NCBI GenBank assembly: GCA_963787125.1
Contig: CAWBBV010000007.1
Span: 480,001 to 544,000 of the forward strand
DNA length: 64,000 nt
Direction of reading: 5' to 3'
DNA from: an uncultured delta proteobacterium
GTDB lineage: Bacteria; Desulfobacterota; Desulfuromonadia; Geobacterales; DSM-12255
Position numbers and translations under genes: made by a program. The notes beneath the pieces were generated by a model. It saw nothing but the letters and a program-made list of their open reading frames with translations. It searched no databases and was not told the origin of the DNA. Shown here one piece after another: positions 10,517 to 19,201 of the stretch (position 1 is its first letter; each line of letters starts with the position of its first letter).

Positions 10517-11263
10517 CTATTTTATGGCAGCGGGGTTCCCCGAAATTCTCAGGGCAACGTAGTGCAGTAAAACCTTGATAGCGTTAACAATAGCCCCTTT
10601 AGACACCCGCGGCGAAGGCGCACGATAGGTAATCGCCAGCTCGGCATACTTTTCATTTCTGAGCAGATAGCGCAGCTCTGTCTGATAAAAATGAGCAGTG
10701 GAGAGTAACTTATAATTGATGATCCGCGCAACAATATCCGTATGAAACCCTTGAAATCCTGAGGTCATGTCGGACAGATGCGTGCCAAGGAGCAGGTTTG
10801 ACACCAGTGTGCCGCCGCGGGAGAGGAGTTTCCTTCTCAGCGGCGAATCCAAAATTTCCCCGCCGGGAATGAAGCGATTGCCGAATACACAGCTGTAACC
10901 ATTTGCCAGTTCTGCCAGAAATAGCGGGATTGCCCGGGGATTATGGGACAGTCCTGCATCCATCTCAATAATGTACTCATGGCCTTCCCGGTGAGCCTCG
11001 GCGAACCCCTTAAGGTAGGCATCTATTACGTTTCTGTTTTCCGGGGCGAAGATGGTCTTGAAGCGCGGATCTTCGGCTGACAGCGCCCAACAAAGCTCAA
11101 GCGTTCCGTCGCTGGAGACGTTGTCTATTACAAGATAAACGGAGCCGCAGCCTAGACTGTCCAAGACAGCGGCAAGCTCCCTTATGAACGGCTCGAATTC
11201 GTGCTCTTCGTTGGCCATCGGGATGACAACGGCAAAGTTAATTTTTCCATGTATCACCGACAT
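10517..11263 (-). CDS. GT2, Dpm1-like polyprenyl-phosphate sugar synthase
   Basis: VVIPMANE, EMDAGLSH, GNRF, DMTSGF motifs. 248 aa, soluble. Confidence 0.75.
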   Translation of the reverse strand: MSVIHGKINFAVVIPMANEEHEFEPFIRELAAVLDSLGCGSVYLVIDNVSSDGTLELCWALSAEDPRFKTIFAPENRNVIDAYLKGFAEAHREGHEYIIEMDAGLSHNPRAIPLFLAELANGYSCVFGNRFIPGGEILDSPLRRKLLSRGGTLVSNLLLGTHLSDMTSGFQGFHTDIVARIINYKLLSTAHFYQTELRYLLRNEKYAELAITYRAPSPRVSKGAIVNAIKVLLHYVALRISGNPAAIK

Positions 11264-11271
11264 ATGGGCGG

Positions 11272-11682
11272 TTACGGTTCCTTCCGGTTGATCTTTTTCA
11301 GTCGGGCAATATGTTTTTTATCAAAGGAGTAAAGCTCGGTAATTCCCTGTTTCTCCATCACCGCTGCAATGTATCCGTCAATAAAATCGATATTGAGGGA
11401 CTCGTACAGCTCCAGAGCTCGTGAAACCAGGGCACCGTTAATGACCTCAAGACCGGGGGTCGCCAGAATCCCTCGGACTAGCGGGGCAATTTTAGTGCAC
11501 GTCAGCTTATAGGACGACTCCAGCACCCAGACCATCTCAGCAATAACCATTTCGGTTGTAATCAGAAGGGTTTCACCTGCGGCAGCAGAGTCAAGCAGTT
11601 TTTCCACGCGGTCAGCTTTGTTTGAGTCATCGTTGGTGAGGTAGCGGATGAAAAGATTTGTGTCTATGAAGCATTTGTTCAT
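11272..11682 (-). CDS. vapC: PIN-domain (VapC-like) toxin
   Basis: FIDTN, E..WVL, DFIDG, SFD acidic PIN motifs. ATG overlaps the antitoxin stop (TGATG). Confidence 0.85.
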   Translation of the reverse strand: MNKCFIDTNLFIRYLTNDDSNKADRVEKLLDSAAAGETLLITTEMVIAEMVWVLESSYKLTCTKIAPLVRGILATPGLEVINGALVSRALELYESLNIDFIDGYIAAVMEKQGITELYSFDKKHIARLKKINRKEP

Positions 11683-11927
11683 CAGAGCTCCTCTGCCACC
11701 CGCCTGGCAACTGCTTTTTTGGCACGTTTGCGTTCCTCTGTGAATCCTCCACCAGTGGCGGCGCACTGAACAGTCCCGCGCAACTCCTTTAGTGTTTTCA
11801 CCGGAACAAGTACGGCCCGCCCACCTTCAATCATGAAATCGACTTTGTCATTGGTTCTGATGTTGAGCAGAGAGCGAATCTCTTTCGGGATTGTAATCTG
11901 TCCTTTTGATGTAACGGTGGAAAGCAT
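11682..11927 (-). CDS. AbrB/MazE/SpoVT-family antitoxin
   Basis: TVTSKGQITIPKEIR signature. GGAGGT RBS. Confidence 0.85.
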   Translation of the reverse strand: MLSTVTSKGQITIPKEIRSLLNIRTNDKVDFMIEGGRAVLVPVKTLKELRGTVQCAATGGGFTEERKRAKKAVARRVAEEL

Positions 11928-11960
11928 GATTCTTACCTCCAACAATATTTCTTACTATTA

Positions 11961-11988
11961 AGTATAAGTCGTAATTTATGTGAGTCAA
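11961..11988 (-). promoter_or_regulatory. Putative sigma70 promoter of the TA pair
   Basis: TTGACT-N16-TATACT on the minus strand. Confidence 0.5.
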
Positions 11989-12018
11989 TGAAAAGAATGC
12001 TTAGGTAAGATTCGTATG

Positions 12019-13527
12019 TCACTCCCTGAAGCTCTTTGAATAGCGGCTGTAGAGCCAGTGCTCCAGCAAAAGAGCAGTGAGGCCGTAGCGGTATCTTAAG
12101 ATAGCAATCGGTCGGTATACCAGTGAAGACGCTCTCAGGAGCAGATCTTTGAGCTTGCTTCCGGTTGAGAGCGTAAAGAACTTCCTGTCGATGAAATAGG
12201 CTGCTACCTGCATCATGTTGACGGTTGCGGAAAATTGCGGCGTGTACCAAGGGGGGGTAAAGTCTCCTTCAACTTCTACTTCTCCCCATCTGTCCTGACT
12301 CTGGGGTGGTGAGTAGCCGAGGCTGACGGCGCTTTCGTAGAGCTCTGTCCCCGGCAGGGGGCGATATTTGTTCGGCGGAAAGATGATGGCCCCACGGTTT
12401 TCTGCAACTATCTGCAGCACCAGAGCGCGGGTCTCTGCCAGCTCTGCCAGCTTCTCTCCGGGAAGACCGATGATCCAGTTGTAGGCAGCTTTTATCTCAG
12501 GGTGTCCGGCGAGTTTGCGGTTTACCGCGATAATATCAGCGACGGTGATATTTTTTTTCATCAGGTCAAGCATTCTTGGCGAACCGGATTCAGCCCCGAT
12601 ATGAAGGATGTCTGTGCCAGCCTTGGCGAGTTTTGCCAGATAGTTGTCAGGCATCCGCATGATTTCGTCAATTCTTGCACCGCGAAAGCCGAGCTTGACC
12701 TGTAATCCTCGCGCAGCTATGGCGTCGATGATCGCTTCTACGTGGGAGAGGTCGACAAAAGAATCGTCATCAATAAAGTAAATGTAGTTCGCTTGATAGC
12801 GCTCGACGAGAAATTCGATATGATCGGCGACTTCAGCCACTGGCAGCAGTTCGTATTTTTTCGGGATATCGCGATAGAGCCGGGGTGATGAGCAGAAGGT
12901 GCAACCGTAGGGGCAGCCGAGGGTACTGTAGAGCGGGAAGATCCGGTCGCTCCGGTCAAGCTGGCCGTACTGGGCCATGAAAGGTTCAACCAGACGGTAC
13001 GGGATATCGCGGAAATCGTGATGTTCAAAGAGCGGTTCAGGCGGACTGCTGATAATCGCCGAGTCAACTGGCTTACGGAAGGAAAGCCCTCTTATGTCAG
13101 CAAGAGCCGGGGTTGAGTTGGCGAGAGAAGCGGCAAGCCGTGCCAGGGGCTTTGAGCCGTAACCGCTGATTACGAAGTCAACACTGCTTTCAGAGAGGAT
13201 CTCCTCCGGGTTAAAGCCGGCATGGGGGCCACCCCAGACTGTCGGCAGTGCAGGCTCAGTCGCCTTTAGCCAGCGGGATATTTTCAGCGCACTGGATACA
13301 GGTGTGCCGCTGATGACGCTGACACCGGCAAGAATGGTCTCAGGGGTAATCCTGGCGCGGATTTCTGCCTGCCATGAGTCCGGACAGAGCCGTACATCAA
13401 CAATGTCGACGGCAAAACCGGCCTTGAGCGAGTCAACCGCCGCATAAAGGAGACTCAACGGGAGATGGCGCACGTAAGCGCCCGACAGCCCCATCTCCGG
13501 ATAAATTAGTAGTATACGCTTTTGCAT
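12019..13527 (-). CDS. Cobalamin-binding domain radical SAM enzyme
   Basis: LPLSL, WGGPHA, GCPYGCTFC, DDDSF, GAESGS, PLPGT motifs. Confidence 0.85.
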   Translation of the reverse strand: MQKRILLIYPEMGLSGAYVRHLPLSLLYAAVDSLKAGFAVDIVDVRLCPDSWQAEIRARITPETILAGVSVISGTPVSSALKISRWLKATEPALPTVWGGPHAGFNPEEILSESSVDFVISGYGSKPLARLAASLANSTPALADIRGLSFRKPVDSAIISSPPEPLFEHHDFRDIPYRLVEPFMAQYGQLDRSDRIFPLYSTLGCPYGCTFCSSPRLYRDIPKKYELLPVAEVADHIEFLVERYQANYIYFIDDDSFVDLSHVEAIIDAIAARGLQVKLGFRGARIDEIMRMPDNYLAKLAKAGTDILHIGAESGSPRMLDLMKKNITVADIIAVNRKLAGHPEIKAAYNWIIGLPGEKLAELAETRALVLQIVAENRGAIIFPPNKYRPLPGTELYESAVSLGYSPPQSQDRWGEVEVEGDFTPPWYTPQFSATVNMMQVAAYFIDRKFFTLSTGSKLKDLLLRASSLVYRPIAILRYRYGLTALLLEHWLYSRYSKSFRE

Positions 13528-13602
13528 CTCTGATTCAATCCGTTAAGGAAATATGTTACTCTGGTTTATTGATCCGCAGAGTAGCACGAACAGGAACTTC
13601 TT

Positions 13603-15231
13603 ATGAACCTGAATTTTATAGGGAACATTAAACCAAGCAGTAAAAGGTCGCTGCTGCTTACGGCTACCACTGTTTCGCTCATGAGCTTTATTGTCTATAT
13701 CGGCAGTTTTTCCGGTGAATTCCTGAACTATGATGATAAAGCCTATCTCTTTGAAAATCCCGTAATCAAGCAGCTTGACATTGCCACGATCCTCTCGATG
13801 ATTTCCAGTTCCCACGCCGGTTGGTGGATGCCGTTAACCTGGCTTTCTTTTGCCATTGATTATCAGCTCTGGGGTCTGAATCCTTTCGGCTTTCACCTTA
13901 CCAACACCCTCATTCATGCCGCCAACTCTGCCCTTGTAGTTGCCATCGCCTATATGATCCTAAGGCTGCGAGAAGCGAATGGTTTTGTCTCTTCCCGGCT
14001 CTTCTTTGCCGCTGCTGCCGGACTAATATGGAGCTTGCACCCTTTGCGGGTAGAATCTGTTGCCTGGATAGCAGAGCGAAAGGACGTGCTGAACGGATTT
14101 TTATCACTCAGTGCAGTTCTCTTCTACCTGCGCTCTCACCGTGGGGCTGAGTCTGAGAAGCCGATCAAGGCGGATTATTACATCTCCCTGGTGCTTTTCT
14201 CCCTCTCCCTTCTGGCAAAATCCGTCAGTGTGGTTTTACCGCTCGTCCTCCTGGCTATTGATCTTTACCCCCTGAAAAGGCTAAGCCTGGAAACATTTTG
14301 GCAGAGGGTCAGTGAAAAGATCCCATTTTTTGTTCTGTCCGCAGCCATGTTTCTGGGAACTTTCATAACTGCCGCCAGGAGTAATTATCTGGTCAGTTAC
14401 GAGATGTTTCCGTTCGGTCAGCGCCTGGTTGTTTCAGGGAATGCCATCATTGAATATCTTGGGCTCTTGATCCTGCCGACAGGTTTGAGCCCGCTCAATG
14501 TAATTCCTGATCCCATTCCGCTTGCCTACACCTGTAAGGCGATTTTAACCCTGATCCTGCTGGTTGCTTTAGCCTTTAGCCGGAGAAAGTGGCTGCAAAG
14601 CTGCTGCTGCTGCTTTCTCCTGCTGGTTCTCCCCGTGCTGGCTTTTTTTCAGAACGGCGATCAGGCTTTTGCCGACCATTTTACCTATCTTCCTGCTGTT
14701 GCCCCGTCAATAGCCGTGGCAGCAGTTCTGTGGCAGCAATTTGAAAAACTGAAGGGAAGAGGGCGCGGGTTCCTCATAGTAGTGTTGCTTGCGGCATTAG
14801 GGGGTTACTCACTCCTGACTGTGCGGATGTTTACCGTCTGGCGCTCCACAGAGAGTTTCTGGTCAAGGATTGTAGCGGTGCAGCCGATTGCCATCAATTA
14901 CAAGGAGCGGGGGCGAAATTATCATCTGGACGGGCGCTACCGGGAGGCTATAGCGGATTTTTCGGCGGCAATAGAGCTGATTCCGGAATCGCTTTTGCCC
15001 TACAGCTATAATTTCTATGCCTTCAGGGCTGAGTCGCTCCGCTGTGCCGGGGAGTATGCCGCGGCGGTCAGGGATTTCGATACAGCAATTACCGCGCTCC
15101 CCCATCCGGTCTACTTCCATCACCGGGGACTGGCTTTGCAGGCTTTGGGGCGCGTTGACGAGGCGCAAAAAGATTTCAGCATAGGTGGGCAGCTGACAAC
15201 TCCTGTGGTCTGGTTTGACCGGCAACTTTAA
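13603..15231 (+). CDS. TMTC-like GT-C membrane glycosyltransferase with C-terminal TPRs
   Basis: NYDD first-loop motif, FHLTN, HPLRVESVAWIAERKD, TPR tail. Confidence 0.75.
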   Translation: MNLNFIGNIKPSSKRSLLLTATTVSLMSFIVYIGSFSGEFLNYDDKAYLFENPVIKQLDIATILSMISSSHAGWWMPLTWLSFAIDYQLWGLNPFGFHLTNTLIHAANSALVVAIAYMILRLREANGFVSSRLFFAAAAGLIWSLHPLRVESVAWIAERKDVLNGFLSLSAVLFYLRSHRGAESEKPIKADYYISLVLFSLSLLAKSVSVVLPLVLLAIDLYPLKRLSLETFWQRVSEKIPFFVLSAAMFLGTFITAARSNYLVSYEMFPFGQRLVVSGNAIIEYLGLLILPTGLSPLNVIPDPIPLAYTCKAILTLILLVALAFSRRKWLQSCCCCFLLLVLPVLAFFQNGDQAFADHFTYLPAVAPSIAVAAVLWQQFEKLKGRGRGFLIVVLLAALGGYSLLTVRMFTVWRSTESFWSRIVAVQPIAINYKERGRNYHLDGRYREAIADFSAAIELIPESLLPYSYNFYAFRAESLRCAGEYAAAVRDFDTAITALPHPVYFHHRGLALQALGRVDEAQKDFSIGGQLTTPVVWFDRQL

Positions 15232-15258
15232 TTCTGCAGTTAGTCAAGAGATAACTCA

Positions 15259-17457
15259 TTGACCCATAACCCCCGAAATAGAGGAATCTTCCTGAGTTCA
15301 GTTGGTAAGCTGGCGCTGATTGCGGCTCTGGTAACTTTTATGCTCAATATCCGTGGCCTGTATTGCGGTTTTTCGCCCATGGATGACCATATTTATGTGC
15401 TCGATAACCTGCATATCCGGCAGCTCGACTTAAATCTGCTCATCTGGGCCTTTACCTCGCTGCCGATCGACCTGTGGCAACCGCTCACCTGGCTTTCTCT
15501 GGCGTTTGACTATCATTTCTGGGGTCTGAATCCCTTTGGCTATCATCTGACCAATATCCTGCTGCACGCTCTCAATACCGCCCTTGTTCTGTTGATTGCA
15601 GCCAGCATCATCAAAAAGATACCGACCCTGAAGGAAAGGCTTGGCGGTGAAACTTTCGTGTATCCGCTGACTCTTCTCCTGGCAGGACTGTTCTTCGGCA
15701 TTCACCCTTTACGGGTTGAGTCGGTCGTCTGGATAACCGAGCGAAAGGATGTGCTTAACGGCCTGTTCACCTTCACATCGATTCTTTTCTATCTCAAACA
15801 TGCCGAGAGCGGCAGCAGATTTCCATGTCGAAATTATCTGCTTGCGCTGCTGTTCTTTGCCCTGTCACTGCTGGCGAAGCCGGTCAGTGTGGTTCTGCCG
15901 CTGATTTTCCTGGTTCTGGACTGGTATCCGCTGAGCCGCTGGCAAAGAGGTAATCTGCAGCGAACGGTGCTGGAGAAAGTCCCTTTTTTGCTCCTTTCAG
16001 TGGTAATATCTGCGGTGACGCTCTATGTTGCCTCCAAAAACCAGATCCTCAGGCCGTATGATTTCCTCTCGCCATGGCAAAGGTTGACCGTTTCCGGCAA
16101 TGCGATCTTTGAATACTGTCGGCTGCTGCTGTTGCCGCTCGGTATCAGTCCGCTGAAACTGCTGCCATCGCCACTCCCATTGGCCTATACCGTCAAGAGC
16201 CTGGCTGTTTTAGGGGGTGCCGGCGCTGTTATTGCCGGGTGGGAAAAAAAGTGGCTGCCGGTGACCGCAGCTTGTTTTTTGTTTCCGCTCCTGCCGGTAC
16301 TGGCAATTTTCCAGAACGGCGAACAGGCGTTTGCCGCCAGGTACACCTATCTGCCCTCACTTGCGGTATCTGTAGTTGCTGCCGCTCTGCTCGGGGTTGC
16401 CTATAGAAAACTCCAAGAGTTGGCAGTCCGACTGCTGCCGGGAACATTGGTGTTTCTGGTTGCGTTCTACCTGCTTTTTTTCGCTGTCATGACCTACCAG
16501 TTGACAAAAGTCTGGGATGATGCGGAAAGCTACTGGACACGGGTTATAACTGTTGACCCGATTGCCAAGCCGTACTTTGAACGGGGCGAGTATTATGCAA
16601 AAGTGGGGCGCTTCAGCGAAGCTGTCATGGATTATAGCAAGGCGATTGAGACGGCTGACGGGAATTTAAGCAGATACATCTACAATCTTTACGCCATACG
16701 CGGGGAGGCGTTCCGTTCCCTGGGGCGCTATGAGGACGCTGTCAGGGATTTCTCGACGGCAATAGAGATGTCACCGCACCGGAGCTACTACTTTTGCCGG
16801 GGGCAGGCGCAGCAACAGCTTGGCAGGGGGAGGGACGCAGCAGCAGACTACCTGATTGCAGGGGCTGCCTCTGGCTCCATCGGCTATTGGTATACGGACC
16901 CTTCTTCTGCGGAGATACAAAAGCGTCTGGAAAAATATCCTGATGATGCGGATGCCCTTGTTGCCCGGGCTGTCTCGGCAGTCAGAGTAAGGGCTTATGC
17001 TGGTGCTTTTCCTGATTTTGACCGGGCAATTGCGCTAAAATCAGACCGTGATGCATATTACTGGAACAGAAGCACGCTCTTTCTTGAGACCGGTCAGGAG
17101 GAACGTGCGCTGGCAGACTGCTCCAGCGCCATCAGGCTCAATCCACGCCATCAGGATGCATACTTGCGCAGGGCTGCCCTTTATGCTGACAAGGGGGAGA
17201 ACCTGCTGGCGATTGACGATCTGACCGCAGTTATTGCTCTCAACAACTCCGGTTTTGAAGGTTTTGCCAATCGCGGTCTGATTCTTTATCGCCTGGGCAG
17301 AACTGACGAGGCGATAAAAGATTTTGATACTGCTCTTGCCATCAACCCTGAATCAGCTGAAACCTGGTATAACCGGGGGGCAGCGCGGACGGCTGCAGGT
17401 GAAACAGGGCTTGCAGATGAAGATTTCAGGAAAGCAAGGGAACTGGGTTATAAATAG
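15259..17457 (+). CDS. TMTC-like GT-C glycosyltransferase with extended TPR array
   Basis: MDD, YHLTN, HPLRVESVVWITERKD. About 8 TPR-like repeats. TTG start. Confidence 0.75.
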   Translation: MTHNPRNRGIFLSSVGKLALIAALVTFMLNIRGLYCGFSPMDDHIYVLDNLHIRQLDLNLLIWAFTSLPIDLWQPLTWLSLAFDYHFWGLNPFGYHLTNILLHALNTALVLLIAASIIKKIPTLKERLGGETFVYPLTLLLAGLFFGIHPLRVESVVWITERKDVLNGLFTFTSILFYLKHAESGSRFPCRNYLLALLFFALSLLAKPVSVVLPLIFLVLDWYPLSRWQRGNLQRTVLEKVPFLLLSVVISAVTLYVASKNQILRPYDFLSPWQRLTVSGNAIFEYCRLLLLPLGISPLKLLPSPLPLAYTVKSLAVLGGAGAVIAGWEKKWLPVTAACFLFPLLPVLAIFQNGEQAFAARYTYLPSLAVSVVAAALLGVAYRKLQELAVRLLPGTLVFLVAFYLLFFAVMTYQLTKVWDDAESYWTRVITVDPIAKPYFERGEYYAKVGRFSEAVMDYSKAIETADGNLSRYIYNLYAIRGEAFRSLGRYEDAVRDFSTAIEMSPHRSYYFCRGQAQQQLGRGRDAAADYLIAGAASGSIGYWYTDPSSAEIQKRLEKYPDDADALVARAVSAVRVRAYAGAFPDFDRAIALKSDRDAYYWNRSTLFLETGQEERALADCSSAIRLNPRHQDAYLRRAALYADKGENLLAIDDLTAVIALNNSGFEGFANRGLILYRLGRTDEAIKDFDTALAINPESAETWYNRGAARTAAGETGLADEDFRKARELGYK

Positions 17458-17458
17458 C

Positions 17459-19201
17459 ATGATAGAGTCGAGTTACAGCAACCAGGCTGAGGTAACTGCG
17501 CAGGGAAATAAAGTCCCGGGAGTGCTGTTGGCTGCGCTTTTGCTGCTGCTCATAACCGCCTACTCCTCGGTATTTTCTGCCGGTTTCATCTGGGATGATG
17601 ACTCTTATGTAATCAATAACCTGACCCTGAGAACAGTCTCCGGTCTTTACAGTATCTGGTTCGAGCCGGGGACGACCCCCCAGTACTACCCGCTGGTATT
17701 TACCCTCTTCTGGCTTCAGTTCAAACTCTGGGGACTGGCACCGCTCGGCTACCACCTTGTTAATATTTTCCTTCATGGCGCTAATGCCATTCTTCTCTAC
17801 CAGGCACTGAAAAAGCTCGATATCCCGGCGCCTTTCTGGATTGCGGCGATATTTGCACTCCATCCTGTTCAGGTTGAGTCGGTTGCCTGGATCACTGAAT
17901 TGAAGAATGTCCTATCGACTTTTTTCTGTCTCGGGTCCTTGCTCTTTTACTGGCATTCTCTTGAAGGCCTGAATTCACGTCGGCAGAGTCAGCTTCTTTA
18001 CGGATTCTCTCTCGTGACCTTTATGCTGGCGCTTTTGAGTAAGAGCGTTACAGGCTCTTTGCCAGCGGTGATCCTGCTGTTGTTATGGTGGAAAGAAGGG
18101 CGATTGCTTTTCAGAGATGTTGTCAGACTGATTCCGTTCTTCGGGCTGGCTCTGCTTCTTGGATGGAATACCGCGCGGCTTGAGGTTACCCACGTGCTTG
18201 CAGCCGGGCCTGAGTGGAACTTAAACTTTACGGAGAGGTTTCTGATCGCCGGTCGTGCGGTCTGTTTTTATGCGGGGAAACTTCTCTGGCCGCAGCCGCT
18301 GATCTTCAATTATGAACGCTGGCAGATAGATGCAGCTCTCTGGTGGCAGTATCTTTTCCCCCTCGGTGTCATTGCTGTTGCGGCAGCTCTCTGGCTATTG
18401 AAGGAAAGAATCGGTCGTGGTGCTCTGGCGGGCTACCTTTTCTTTGTCGGCACACTTTTTCCGGCCCTCGGTTTCTTCAACGTCTACCCGATGCGTTACT
18501 CGTTTGTCGCCGATCATTTTCAGTATATGGCGAGTGTCGGCCTGATTACGCTCTTTGTTGCGGGAGTTGCCCGGTGTTTACGGCCAGCACGCTGCGGCTC
18601 CAATAAGGCACTGCTGCTTGTTTTCACTCCGCTGCTGGTCCTTCTCGGAGTGTTAACCTGGCAGCAGGGGAGAGTATATCACGACAGAATGACCCTCTTC
18701 AGCACCACCATTGAAAATAATCCGCAGAGCTGGCTCAGCTACTCGAATAGAGGCAGGGATTATGCTCTTTCGGGCAGGGATGACCTGGCGCTCGCTGATA
18801 TACGCAAATCGCTGGACATAAACCCGGCTGATGCCGATGCCTTGCAGATAAGAGGGGCAATCGCGCTCAAAAACATGGACTTCGCCAGAGCAATCAGTGA
18901 TATGACCCGTTCGCTGGAACTTTATCCTGACCGGGTTGACTACCGCTTGAACAGAAGCCTTGCTTTTCGCAATGCCGGGAGAGTGAGCGAGGCGATTGAT
19001 GATGCTACCAGAGTAATTGCGCTTGCTCCGGATGATTATCAGGGCTATTTGCACAGGGCTGCACTGTATGTAATGCGGCAGGAATACCGTTTGGCCGAAG
19101 CCGATCTTACAACTGTGGCTGGGCTCGGCTATGAATTGTCGCAAACAGAGCGTTCAAGAATAATGAATCTTCAATCCGGTAGGAGCGGTAAGACGTTATG
19201 A
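17459..19201 (+). CDS. TMTC-like GT-C glycosyltransferase with TPRs
   Basis: WDDD, YYPL, HPVQVESVAWITELKN, VADHFQY. ATG just after the upstream stop. Confidence 0.75.
   Translation: MIESSYSNQAEVTAQGNKVPGVLLAALLLLLITAYSSVFSAGFIWDDDSYVINNLTLRTVSGLYSIWFEPGTTPQYYPLVFTLFWLQFKLWGLAPLGYHLVNIFLHGANAILLYQALKKLDIPAPFWIAAIFALHPVQVESVAWITELKNVLSTFFCLGSLLFYWHSLEGLNSRRQSQLLYGFSLVTFMLALLSKSVTGSLPAVILLLLWWKEGRLLFRDVVRLIPFFGLALLLGWNTARLEVTHVLAAGPEWNLNFTERFLIAGRAVCFYAGKLLWPQPLIFNYERWQIDAALWWQYLFPLGVIAVAAALWLLKERIGRGALAGYLFFVGTLFPALGFFNVYPMRYSFVADHFQYMASVGLITLFVAGVARCLRPARCGSNKALLLVFTPLLVLLGVLTWQQGRVYHDRMTLFSTTIENNPQSWLSYSNRGRDYALSGRDDLALADIRKSLDINPADADALQIRGAIALKNMDFARAISDMTRSLELYPDRVDYRLNRSLAFRNAGRVSEAIDDATRVIALAPDDYQGYLHRAALYVMRQEYRLAEADLTTVAGLGYELSQTERSRIMNLQSGRSGKTL

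Noticed and set aside
14600..14614. (GCT)5 repeat encoding CCCC in a TMTC-like gene
   Set aside because: Short, in-frame and within a TM segment. No support for phase variation or metal binding.
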